Assembly (NCBI RefSeq): GCF_003010495.1
Contig: NZ_CP027570.1
Coordinates: 1,320,001 to 1,352,000, forward strand
DNA: 32,000 nucleotides
Direction: 5' to 3'
From: Megasphaera elsdenii DSM 20460
Lineage (GTDB): Bacteria > Bacillota > Negativicutes > Veillonellales > Megasphaeraceae
The notes under the pieces are model-generated. The model was given only the letters and a program-made list of their open reading frames with translations. It was not told where the DNA came from and made no database searches. Position numbers and translations under genes: made by a program. Of the stretch, positions 14,869 through 23,147 are shown one piece after another. Position 1 is the first letter of the stretch. Each line of letters opens with the position of its first letter.

Positions 14869-17081
14869 ATGAATATGCGGAAGAAGAAACTCCTCGCCCT
14901 GATGGTAACCAGTGCGATGATGACCTGCCCTGTTTGGGCTGAAGATACGACTGCGGCGACCGGTTACGAGTCGTCCGGTAGCCAGACCGTTACGTCTGGC
15001 TCGGCAGCCGCTCCGGTAGACGACCAGAAAACGGCTGTCAATACCGTGACGACCTCTCCCGATGATGCGACGAAAGAAGACGCCATGAAGGCTGCTAAAT
15101 CGGGCCTGACCGGTTATGAAACGGCAGAAGAATTGGCTGCTATTGCCGCCGGCAAGAGCCCGGCAGAGGTTCAGCAGGAAACAGCCGAAGCCGTCCACAA
15201 GGAAAATGAAATCCTCAACCCGGCTCCTGTCGATACGACGCCACAGATTACTGGCGATAAAATCAGCTATATGAGCGGTACTAGCGACATGCAGTTCGAT
15301 ACGTCCGTTCCTGGCTATCCCATGGCTGTCATCCAGCCCGGTCAGGATGTATCCCTGCCTTATGGTGAAGCCGTCAGCGATGCCGATTTGAAACCTTATG
15401 TCGACAAGGTAGCTACGGCCGTTACCGTCGGTCCCGTCCCGGAAGCCCAGATTGAACAGAAACTCCTGCCTCAGCTGGCTATGCGCGTCGGCGATGCCAT
15501 CAACATGGACTACATCCGCCACGACCTCAACGTCATCGGGGCGACGGGCCTGTTCTCGACGGTCAAGCCGGCCTTTACGACCGTACCGGAAGGCGTTGCC
15601 CTGAACTATACAGTCCAGATGAATCCGGTCGTCAAGAAAATCGACATCGTCGGCAACGAATCAATCAGCACGGCGGACTTGATGAAACTCGTCGCCACGA
15701 CGCCGGGAACGACGCTCAACACGGCTGTCGTCAGCCATGACGTGGCCAATATCAACTCGGCCTTTGCCAATGCCGGTTATATGATGAGCCGCGTCTCCGA
15801 TGTCCGCCTCGACGATGAAGGGACGCTGCATCTGGCGATTTCTGAACCGCGTATTGAAAATATCAACCTTCGCGGCAATACCAAGACCAAGAATAAAGTC
15901 ATCATGCGCGAACTGCGCATGAAGAAAGGCGATATCTTCAACAAGAACGCCGCCAGCCGCAGTATCCAGCGCGTCTATAACACGGGCTATTTTGAAGACG
16001 TCAACGTCCGCCTCCTGCCGGGCCAGCGCAATCCGAAAGACGTCATCGTCGAAATCGACGTCACCGAACAGAAGACTGGGTCGGTCACCATCGGTGCCGG
16101 CTACTCCGATTCGGACGGCCTCGTCGGTATCCTCGGCCTGGCTGAAACGAACCTGCGCGGTACGGGCGACAAGGCCAATATCAGCTGGGAATTTGGCGGC
16201 AATACGGATACCAATAAGAACTATATCTTCTCGTATACCCATCCCTACCTCAACGATGCCGGCGACTCCATCGGCTTCAGCATCTTCGACCGCGAATCGG
16301 AATATGACGACTATAATGAAAAAGGCGACTCCGTCGCTGAATACGACCGCCGGACCAATGGCTTCAACATCACTTATGGCCGCGTCCGCAGCGAATACGT
16401 CAGCGATTACGTCACGCTGGAAACGAAGCGGACGAAGTATACCGACTATGACAGCGGCTATAATTATCGTGAATGGCAGAATGATCCTTCCTTACCGTCG
16501 AAATATCGAAATTATTTGGACAACAACTTTGGCCGCACGAACAGCATGACCTGGTCTCACGTCTTCGATAACCGCGACAACGTCTACGATCCGACGAAAG
16601 GCAAGCGCCTGTCCTTTACGGGACTTGGGCGGGCCACGGTTTTGGCGGCGATTTCGACTACTTCAAGTTCATCGCCGAAAACCGCCTGTACTACAAAGTC
16701 GGCCGGGCCCACGTCATCGCCGTCCGCCTCATGGGTGGTATCGCTACCGGCGATATGCCGTACAACGACCTGTTCACCCTCGGTGGCGCCGACAACCTGC
16801 GCGGCTATGAAGATGACGAATTTCGCGGCAACAAGATGTACGAAGCGACTGTCGAATACCGCTATCCCATTGCCAAGAAGATCCAGGGCGTCGTCTTTAC
16901 CGACCTGGGCAATGCCTGGGGCGGCGTAGAAAACATCCCCTGGTACCATGAAAACAACAAACTCCACTACTCCGGAGGCTTGGGCTTCCGCATTACGACG
17001 CCGATCGGTCCGATCCGCCTGGATTATGCCGTAGGCCAGGATGGCGGCAAGTTCCACTTCAGCTTTGGCGGTAAGTTCTAA
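14869..17081 (+). pseudogene. bamA: BamA (Omp85 family), reading frame broken near 16624 (apparent 1-nt deletion or sequence error)
   Basis: ATG 14869 follows GGAGG. POTRA-like repeats are present (VKKIDIVGNESISTADLMKL; IENINLRGNTKTKNKVIMRELRMKKGDIFN), followed by barrel strands. The frame-1 sense sequence ends at ...DPTKGKRLSFTG (16623). The conserved continuation WAGHGFGGDFDYFKFIAENRLYYKV...LFTLGGADNLRGYEDDEF...GGLGFRITTPIGPIRLDYAVG...FHFSFGGKF runs in the neighbouring frame from 16626 to the stop at 17079-17081. Confidence 0.8.
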
Positions 17082-17099
17082 GACAATGAAAGGTCGTGG

Positions 17100-18380
17100 A
17101 TGATGAAAATCCGCACTTGTTTATTGACTGTCTGTGCCGTCTGTGCTAGTCTTAGTAGTGCTATAGCAGCATCGGTAGAACAAGTGACGGTCCATGTCGC
17201 CTCCGTAGAGGAGGCGATTCCGCCATTAGTAGAGAAACGCATTGCTGCCAGCATCCAAACTGTAGGGAACCACGTATTCCTCAATCACGACAGCGATGAA
17301 ATCGCCAGCCGTCATGAGGCATACGAGCGAACCGTCAACGATATCATCAATCGCGTCCTCATAGGCTATACGGTGGAATCCATTTCCATCCATCCCGGCA
17401 GCCGGACGGAGCTGGATGTACGCATCCGCCCTTGGGGCGATACAATCCGCAACGTCCGCTTCGCCGTCGACTACGGAGCCTTGCCGAAAATGGGGCAGGA
17501 ACTGGTCGATAAAGACTTGGAACATGCCGGGGACATGGCCGAAAGCCTGCTCATCGGCCTGCCTGTCGATGCCCTGGACTGGGCTAATGGCGCCGTCAAA
17601 TCGGTCCTGGAAAATGAACTGGAAGAACGGGTGCCGGAATTTTATCCGCACATCGTCATCCACGGCGGTCCGGAAACGGACGTCACCGTCTACATGCTGC
17701 CCAAGCTGCCTGTCGTGCGCAACGTCCGCGTGGCTATCAAGGGCGACGATGTACCGAAGGTCATCTTCCTCAGCGCCCGCAACCAGCTGGAACGGACCTA
17801 TGCCGGCCTGGCTGGCCTGCCCGTGGCTTTTGTCCGGCGCCATGAACGGGATATTGCCGAAGCCTTGCAGGGCGATGTCCAGCGACAGTGGGTCGTCAAG
17901 AACTACGGACTGCACGTGACGCCGTCCTTGTCGCTCGGTGAGGATACGGCCATCGACCTTACGTCACAGACGGCTTTTTACGACATCCGCGGCGGCGCCT
18001 ATATCGACGCCGGCCGTGACCACAGCAGCGACGACGATACGGCCCTCATGGCCCATGTGGGCCGTAAGATTGGCAGCCATCACGAAGTGTACGGTGCCGT
18101 CAAGTTCATGCCGTCTTCCCTGGACTGGAACTTCATGCCCGGCTACTTTTACCGCTTCCGCAGCGGGACCCAGGCGGGATACCAGTTCGAAAGCCTCGAC
18201 GACAGCCAGCACCTGTGGCTGCGCCAGCCATTGGGAGGGCGCTGGACCTTGCGCTATGACCGTGACCTGACCCATGACGATTCCGAAGTGGGCCTTCACT
18301 ATCGCGTCGATGATTATGTCGGTTTGGAATATATCGTGTCCGACCATGATGCTTGGCTCCGGATTATCGGTTATTTGTAA
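17100..18380 (+). CDS. Exported protein of unknown function (POTRA-like N-terminal part and beta-rich C-terminal part are suggested only)
   Basis: RBS AAAGG, ATGATG start, signal peptide (TCLLTVCAVCASLSSAIA). I recognise no family motif. The C-terminal ~130 aa have alternating hydrophobic/aromatic residues (WNFMPGYFYRF, GYQFESL, WTLRYDRDL, VGLHYRV, VGLEYIV, AWLRIIGYL). Confidence 0.75.
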   Translation: MMKIRTCLLTVCAVCASLSSAIAASVEQVTVHVASVEEAIPPLVEKRIAASIQTVGNHVFLNHDSDEIASRHEAYERTVNDIINRVLIGYTVESISIHPGSRTELDVRIRPWGDTIRNVRFAVDYGALPKMGQELVDKDLEHAGDMAESLLIGLPVDALDWANGAVKSVLENELEERVPEFYPHIVIHGGPETDVTVYMLPKLPVVRNVRVAIKGDDVPKVIFLSARNQLERTYAGLAGLPVAFVRRHERDIAEALQGDVQRQWVVKNYGLHVTPSLSLGEDTAIDLTSQTAFYDIRGGAYIDAGRDHSSDDDTALMAHVGRKIGSHHEVYGAVKFMPSSLDWNFMPGYFYRFRSGTQAGYQFESLDDSQHLWLRQPLGGRWTLRYDRDLTHDDSEVGLHYRVDDYVGLEYIVSDHDAWLRIIGYL

Positions 18381-18400
18381 TACAAAGGAGAAGTTTTATT

Positions 18401-18946
18401 ATGATGTCTGAAATGGGTAAGAAACGCAATATCAAGATTTTTTCGGCTGTCATCGCAGCTATCTTCGTCTTCAGTGTCGCCGGCCTGGCTATCATGCAGA
18501 CGGGCAACCCTGTCAATGCGGCTCCGTCGAGCAATATCGGCGTCGTCGATACGAGCAAGATCATTACGCCGGATAATCAGGATGCCGTTGCGGCACAGAA
18601 ACAGCTCCAGCAGGCTGGCGAAGACATGCAGAAACAGTTCGAACAGCAGTCGGCCGGCATGGATGACCAGCAGAAACAGCAGCTCTTCCAGAAAATGCAG
18701 GGGGAACTGGCCACGAAACGCCAGGAAATTTTCAAAGGCATCAAAGATAAAGTCGACAACGCCGTCAGTGATGTCGCCAAGACCAAAGGCCTGAGCCTCG
18801 TCGTCGATAAGAGCGTCGTCCTCTATGGCGGTACGGATATTACCGATCAGGTAGCCAAAGAACTGAACAAAAATTCCAGCTCCAGCAGCTCCGACAGCAG
18901 CTCCAGCAATTCCAGCAGTTCGGACAGCTCCAGCAGCAACCAGTAA
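18401..18946 (+). CDS. skp: OmpH/Skp-family periplasmic chaperone, paralog 1, with a Ser-rich tail
   Basis: ATG 18401 follows AAAGGAG. Signal/anchor (IFSAVIAAIFVFSVAGLAIM), Q/K/E-rich coiled coil, OmpH-type end (GLSLVVDKSVVLYGGTDITDQVAKEL), and the tail SSSSSSDSSSSNSSSSDSSSSNQ. Confidence 0.8.
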   Translation: MMSEMGKKRNIKIFSAVIAAIFVFSVAGLAIMQTGNPVNAAPSSNIGVVDTSKIITPDNQDAVAAQKQLQQAGEDMQKQFEQQSAGMDDQQKQQLFQKMQGELATKRQEIFKGIKDKVDNAVSDVAKTKGLSLVVDKSVVLYGGTDITDQVAKELNKNSSSSSSDSSSSNSSSSDSSSSNQ

Positions 18947-18955
18947 GGAGTCTTT

Positions 18956-19891
18956 ATGAAACGGATATATGCGGCAGCCGGTGCCGCGGTCCTCATGGCC
19001 TGTCTTGTGGCAGGCGGGTGGTTCTTCAGCCATCGCAGCCATCCGGCCCCTTCGACAGCAGCGACGCCGGTCTATGCCTATGCAGACCTGGAACACGTCG
19101 TCATGAGCCATCCGCGCTATAGCGAGTATCACCATTTAGAATTGGAGTACAATGCTATGGTTGCCCAATATCAGTTTGAACAGTGGAACTATTCCCAGAA
19201 GGCAGCCGCCGAAGGGAGGTCAGTCCAGAACTTCGCCGCAGCCGATGCCGCCGGTTCTGCCGCCCTCGACCAGGAATTACAGGCCAAAGTCGCCCTCAAA
19301 CAGAACGAGCTCAACAATCGCCTGAAGCAGCGGTACGATTCGCTCGTCCAGGAAAAGAAGACGACGACGCCTGTCATTTCCCAGGCCGATACCTTGAAGA
19401 TCGTCAATCTCCAGTTGAAACTGAAGACCCTGTCCCTGTCCAAAGAAGAGCGGGCAGCGACAGAAGAACAGCTCCAGGCCCTGCTCAAAGGCAGCCAGGC
19501 CGACGTCCAGGTGACGACGCGGACTGCCGATGAAATCGCCGCCCTCATGGCCCCGGCCAAGGCCCAGGCCAAGAAGGAACTCGACGACTATGCCCAGCAG
19601 GTCAAGAAAGACCTGGAAGGGCGCAAGGCCGACAGCCAGCAGGTCTTCCAGCAGCAGCTGGGCGTCTTGCAGGACCGGCCGGAACCGGCTGTGTGGAACA
19701 AGGAATGGAAAGACAAGCTCGATGCGAAAGAAAAAGAAATGAAAGATGTGAAAGACGCCATCATGGCAGATATCCGCGATAAAGCCGCCGATGTCGCCCA
19801 GGAACAGGGCTACGATATGATCTTCTCCAACTATGAAGGCATCGGCACGGCTACGGATGTCACAGATGATATTATTGCCAAGTTGGCATAA
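18956..19891 (+). CDS. skp: OmpH/Skp-family protein, paralog 2 (extended coiled coil, 311 aa)
   Basis: RBS AAGGAG. N-terminal hydrophobic segment, long Q/K/E/A-rich helical region, OmpH-type end (GYDMIFSNYEGIGTATDVTDDIIAKLA). Confidence 0.75.
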   Translation: MKRIYAAAGAAVLMACLVAGGWFFSHRSHPAPSTAATPVYAYADLEHVVMSHPRYSEYHHLELEYNAMVAQYQFEQWNYSQKAAAEGRSVQNFAAADAAGSAALDQELQAKVALKQNELNNRLKQRYDSLVQEKKTTTPVISQADTLKIVNLQLKLKTLSLSKEERAATEEQLQALLKGSQADVQVTTRTADEIAALMAPAKAQAKKELDDYAQQVKKDLEGRKADSQQVFQQQLGVLQDRPEPAVWNKEWKDKLDAKEKEMKDVKDAIMADIRDKAADVAQEQGYDMIFSNYEGIGTATDVTDDIIAKLA

Positions 19892-19907
19892 CAGGAGGCT
19901 TTTAGCA

Positions 19908-20327
19908 ATGAAAAAAGTTTGGAAGCGCTTAGGAATCGTCGCAGCAATGCTGGCCCTGACGGGCATGCTCGCCGGCTGTGGCGGCAAGGATAATGTAGGC
20001 GTCGTCGATATGTCGCGCGTACAGAAAGAAGCGCCCCTGGTCCAGCAGTATAAACAGAAAACCGAGGACAAACAGAAATCCATCGAAAAAGAATTACAAG
20101 ATGCCAAACAGAACATGTCGGCTGAAGATTTCCAGAAGAAACAGCAGCAGGCCCAGCAGGAACTCAATATTTTCGGCGCCAGCATGCAGCGTCAGTTCAT
20201 GTCGGACATCCAGAGCAAGTTAGGCGACATCGCCAAGGATAAAAATGTCGGCATCATCGTCGTCAAAGAAGCCGTTCCGTCTGGCGGAATCGACGTTACC
20301 GACGATTTAATTGCCAAATTGCAGTAA
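19908..20327 (+). CDS. skp: OmpH/Skp-family lipoprotein, paralog 3
   Basis: ATG 19908 follows CAGGAGG. Lipobox LAGC (MKKVWKRLGIVAAMLALTGMLAGCGG). OmpH pattern (VGVVDMSRVQKEAPLVQQYK ... VGIIVVKEAVPSGGIDVTDDLIAKLQ). Confidence 0.8.
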   Translation: MKKVWKRLGIVAAMLALTGMLAGCGGKDNVGVVDMSRVQKEAPLVQQYKQKTEDKQKSIEKELQDAKQNMSAEDFQKKQQQAQQELNIFGASMQRQFMSDIQSKLGDIAKDKNVGIIVVKEAVPSGGIDVTDDLIAKLQ

Positions 20328-20345
20328 AAAAAGGGGTTGTATATC

Positions 20346-21377
20346 GTGAAGAAAACAGTACAGGAATTAGCAGTATTGCTAGGCGGTACGGTCATCGGCA
20401 ATGGTGACGCCGTCATTGAAGACGTGAAGGGCCTGGCCGAAGCCGGCCAGCAGGACATTACCTTCGCCGTCGATCCGTATACGGAATATTTGCCGCAGGT
20501 CCACGCCGGCGCCGTCATTGTCGAAAAAGAAGTTCCTGCCGGAGATAATACGCTCGTCATCGTAGAAAATCCCCGCCTGGCTTTTTCCCAGCTCCTCGTG
20601 CTGTTTCATCCCCGCCAGTCGATTACGCCGGGCATCCATCCGACGGCCATCGTCGATAGCAGTGCTGCCGTTGGCGAAGACGTGGCCATCATGCCCTATG
20701 CCGTCATCGGCAAGAACGTCGAAATCGGCAAGGGTTCGACGATTTATCCCTATGTCTTCTTAGGGGATAACGTCAAGATCGGCGAAGGCTCGGTCATCTA
20801 TCCTGGCGCCGTCATTCACGAAAACTGCGTCCTCGGCAAGCGGGCCGTCATCCGGGCTCATGCCGTCATCGGCGGTGAAGGCTTCGGCTTTGCCACGGAA
20901 AAGGGCAAGCATACCCGCATCCCCCAGATCGGCAATGTCACCATCGGCGACGACGTCGAAATCGGGGCCTGCACGTGCTTGGATAATGCCACGCTGGGTT
21001 CGACAAAAGTCGGGCGGGGGACGAAAATCGACAACCTCGTCCATCTCGGCCATAACGTCGAAATCGGCGAAGACTGCTTCCTCATCGCCCAGACAGGCAT
21101 TGCCGGCAGCACCAAAGCGGGTAACCACGTCATCTTTGCCGGCCAGACCGGCTGCACCGGCCACATCACCATCGGCGACAATGCCGTCTTTGCCGGGAAA
21201 ACCGGGATTACCGGCAATATTAAGGGCAATCAGGTCTATGCGGGCTTCCCGGCCCGTCCCCATATGGAATGGAGCCGTACCCAGGTCTATTTGAAGCACC
21301 TGCCGGAAATGGCCAGGACCGTCAAGGCCTTGCAGAAAAAAATCGCCGAACTGGAAAAGAAATTAGAACAACAGTAA
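20346..21377 (+). CDS. lpxD: UDP-3-O-acylglucosamine N-acyltransferase LpxD
   Basis: GTG 20346 lies 9 nt after AAGGGG. The N-terminal domain is LpxD-type (TVQELAVLLGGTVIGNGD). Left-handed beta-helix hexapeptide repeats are present (IGKNVEIGKGSTIYPYVFLGDNVKIGEGSVIYPGAVIHENCVLG...). The motif HLGHNVEIGEDC and a C-terminal coiled helix are also present. Confidence 0.9.
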   Translation: MKKTVQELAVLLGGTVIGNGDAVIEDVKGLAEAGQQDITFAVDPYTEYLPQVHAGAVIVEKEVPAGDNTLVIVENPRLAFSQLLVLFHPRQSITPGIHPTAIVDSSAAVGEDVAIMPYAVIGKNVEIGKGSTIYPYVFLGDNVKIGEGSVIYPGAVIHENCVLGKRAVIRAHAVIGGEGFGFATEKGKHTRIPQIGNVTIGDDVEIGACTCLDNATLGSTKVGRGTKIDNLVHLGHNVEIGEDCFLIAQTGIAGSTKAGNHVIFAGQTGCTGHITIGDNAVFAGKTGITGNIKGNQVYAGFPARPHMEWSRTQVYLKHLPEMARTVKALQKKIAELEKKLEQQ

Positions 21378-21389
21378 GGGGATTTGCCT

Positions 21390-22304
21390 ATGTACACCTT
21401 TATGAAATGTCTGAGCTGGATCATCTGCCACATTCCCGAAGGCTGTCGCCGGGCCCTGGGCACCTTTTTAGGTGCCTTTTTCTGGACTTTCGTCCCGAAG
21501 AAGCGAAAAGTGCTGGCCCAGCAGCAGATCCTGGACTGTGGCCTGACAGAGGACCCGGACAAGGCCATGGCCATTGCCAGGGCCAGTACGGTCCGCTTTG
21601 GTCCGATGATCGTCGAAGTCCTGTCGTATCCTCGCTATACGAAGGAGCTCCTCGACGAAAAGATTACCTGGCACGGCAAGGAATACCTGGACGAGCTCAA
21701 AGCCAGCGGCGAAGGGGCTGTCTTCATGGCCTCCCATGCCGGCAACTGGGAACTCCTGGGGGCCGTCCTGGCCATGAACGGCTATCCCCTTATTTCCGTC
21801 GCTCAGGAACAGAACAGCAAGAGCGCCGATGCCTTCATCAACGAGTACCGGGCCATGATGAAACAGCACGTCACCTATAAGACGGGCATCCGCGACATGG
21901 TCCGCTTCCTTCGGGAAGGCCACTACATCGGCCTGCTCATGGACCAGGACCCGGGCTATGCCGGCATCATGGTCAAGCTCTTCGGCATGGACACGCTGAC
22001 GGCGGACGGACCGGCCAAGATGGCCGGCCTGGCCAACTACCCCATCGTGTCGACTTTCATCCATGAAGACCGGCCGTACCACCACGTCGTCGAAGTCCTG
22101 CCGCCTATCAAGCCGTACACGGCGGACCACAAGCTCTCCAAGGAAGAGAAGGACCGCATCATGTACGAAACGACACAGGAATTGAACGACCGCCTGGAAG
22201 CCCATATCCGCAAGTATCCGGAAGACTGGTTCTGGCTGCACAACCGCTGGAAATGGACAAAAAGATATAAAGACAAACAAGCTGAAAAAGGCACTGTCTC
22301 ATGA
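21390..22304 (+). CDS. Lipid A biosynthesis late acyltransferase (LpxL/HtrB/MsbB family)
   Basis: ATG 21390 lies 9 nt after AAGGGG. N-terminal membrane helix, the acyltransferase HX4E motif (SHAGNWELLG), and the typical family end (YPEDWFWLHNRWK). Confidence 0.8.
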   Translation: MYTFMKCLSWIICHIPEGCRRALGTFLGAFFWTFVPKKRKVLAQQQILDCGLTEDPDKAMAIARASTVRFGPMIVEVLSYPRYTKELLDEKITWHGKEYLDELKASGEGAVFMASHAGNWELLGAVLAMNGYPLISVAQEQNSKSADAFINEYRAMMKQHVTYKTGIRDMVRFLREGHYIGLLMDQDPGYAGIMVKLFGMDTLTADGPAKMAGLANYPIVSTFIHEDRPYHHVVEVLPPIKPYTADHKLSKEEKDRIMYETTQELNDRLEAHIRKYPEDWFWLHNRWKWTKRYKDKQAEKGTVS

Positions 22305-22320
22305 AGACAGTGCCTTTTTG
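22285..22320 (+). terminator. Rho-independent terminator ending the OM cluster operon
   Basis: Stem aaaaaggcactgtct / agacagtgccttttt. The stop codon TGA (22302-22304) sits in the loop, and a T-run follows. Confidence 0.85.
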
Positions 22321-22328
22321 AGTATTAA

Positions 22329-22356
22329 GTTTGCAGTTTGCAGTTTGCAGTTTGTA
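22329..22356. repeat. Tandem heptamer repeat (GTTTGCA)x3 + GTTTGTA
   Basis: Read directly as gtttgcagtttgcagtttgcagtttgta, just after the terminator. The last unit overlaps the -35 of the next promoter candidate. Confidence 0.8.
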
Positions 22357-22380
22357 GTAGATGTCGAAAAATGCTATGAT
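22351..22380 (+). promoter_or_regulatory. Sigma-70-type promoter candidate (extended -10) for xpaC-like/telA
   Basis: TTGTAG (22351-22356), 17 nt, TGcTATGAT (-10 hexamer 22375-22380), 36 nt upstream of GTG 22416. Confidence 0.4.
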
Positions 22381-22415
22381 TAAGAAAAGACATTCTTCAC
22401 TTAGGAGGGACGACT

Positions 22416-23138
22416 GTGAACATTTTTTTATATCTCATCGCCTTTGTCTGCTTTGCCATTCCTGGTTATAACTGGTTCGCTACGGGCCATCTGTCCGGGA
22501 CCTTCAGCATCATCTTCGGCATCCTCATGCTTTATTGGGCTCATCGCCGGAAAAAGAAACATGCCAAGCCGCAATTGAATTTTTCCAGCGGTAATGAGGA
22601 ACTGGACAAGCTCAATGATGAACTTTTCAACAAGGCTGTCGACGATTTCAATGCCCTGGAGAAGGAATTGAAGCGCGTCCAGGATAACGAGCTGCGTAAA
22701 CAGCTGCGCAAGATGCAGGGTATTGCCAATAATTTCCTGACTTATCTCCAGCAGCATCCGGAACGGATGAGCCTGGCCCGCCGCTTCGTCGACTATTATC
22801 AGGACCGGGCCCTGCTCCTGGTCCGCAAATACCAGGAACTGGAAAAGACGGGCCTGGAAGCGCAGGAAGTGCAGCAGGCGAAAGAGGAAATCAAACAGCT
22901 CCTGGATAATTTCGATGAAGCCTATGAAGACCAGTTCTCCAAAGTCCTCAACGCCCAGCTCATGGACCTCGACGCCGAAATGAAGGTCATGAAGCAGAAC
23001 ATGGCCGCTGACGGCATCCAGACGGAAGCCCCCCGGCAGGATACGTCGTCTTCCGGAAGCAAGGCTAAGCACAGTGATGACCTGGTCGGGACAATCATCG
23101 ATTTGGCCGACCAGTTTTTGAATACAAAAAGAAAGTAG
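22416..23138 (+). CDS. xpaC: XpaC-like membrane protein (5-bromo-4-chloroindolyl phosphate hydrolysis protein family)
   Basis: GTG start after TTAGGAGGG. Two N-terminal TM helices, then a helical charged domain. It lies immediately upstream of a TelA/YaaN gene, as in the Bacillus subtilis xpaC-yaaN pair. The assignment rests mainly on architecture and synteny. Confidence 0.6.
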   Translation: MNIFLYLIAFVCFAIPGYNWFATGHLSGTFSIIFGILMLYWAHRRKKKHAKPQLNFSSGNEELDKLNDELFNKAVDDFNALEKELKRVQDNELRKQLRKMQGIANNFLTYLQQHPERMSLARRFVDYYQDRALLLVRKYQELEKTGLEAQEVQQAKEEIKQLLDNFDEAYEDQFSKVLNAQLMDLDAEMKVMKQNMAADGIQTEAPRQDTSSSGSKAKHSDDLVGTIIDLADQFLNTKRK

Positions 23139-23147
23139 GTAAATAGT

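Noticed and set aside
16615-16632. Programmed -1 ribosomal frameshift in bamA
   Set aside because: There is no X XXY YYZ slippery heptamer at ggacttggg and no obvious downstream stimulatory structure. An indel or sequencing error is more parsimonious. It is kept only as a remote alternative in the finding.
16625-16929. ORF 16625-16810 and the tail of ORF 14869-16929 beyond ~16624 as separate genes
   Set aside because: Both are out-of-frame readings of the bamA barrel region (Arg/Pro-rich or Ser/Thr-rich nonsense). The conserved BamA sequence is in the third frame.
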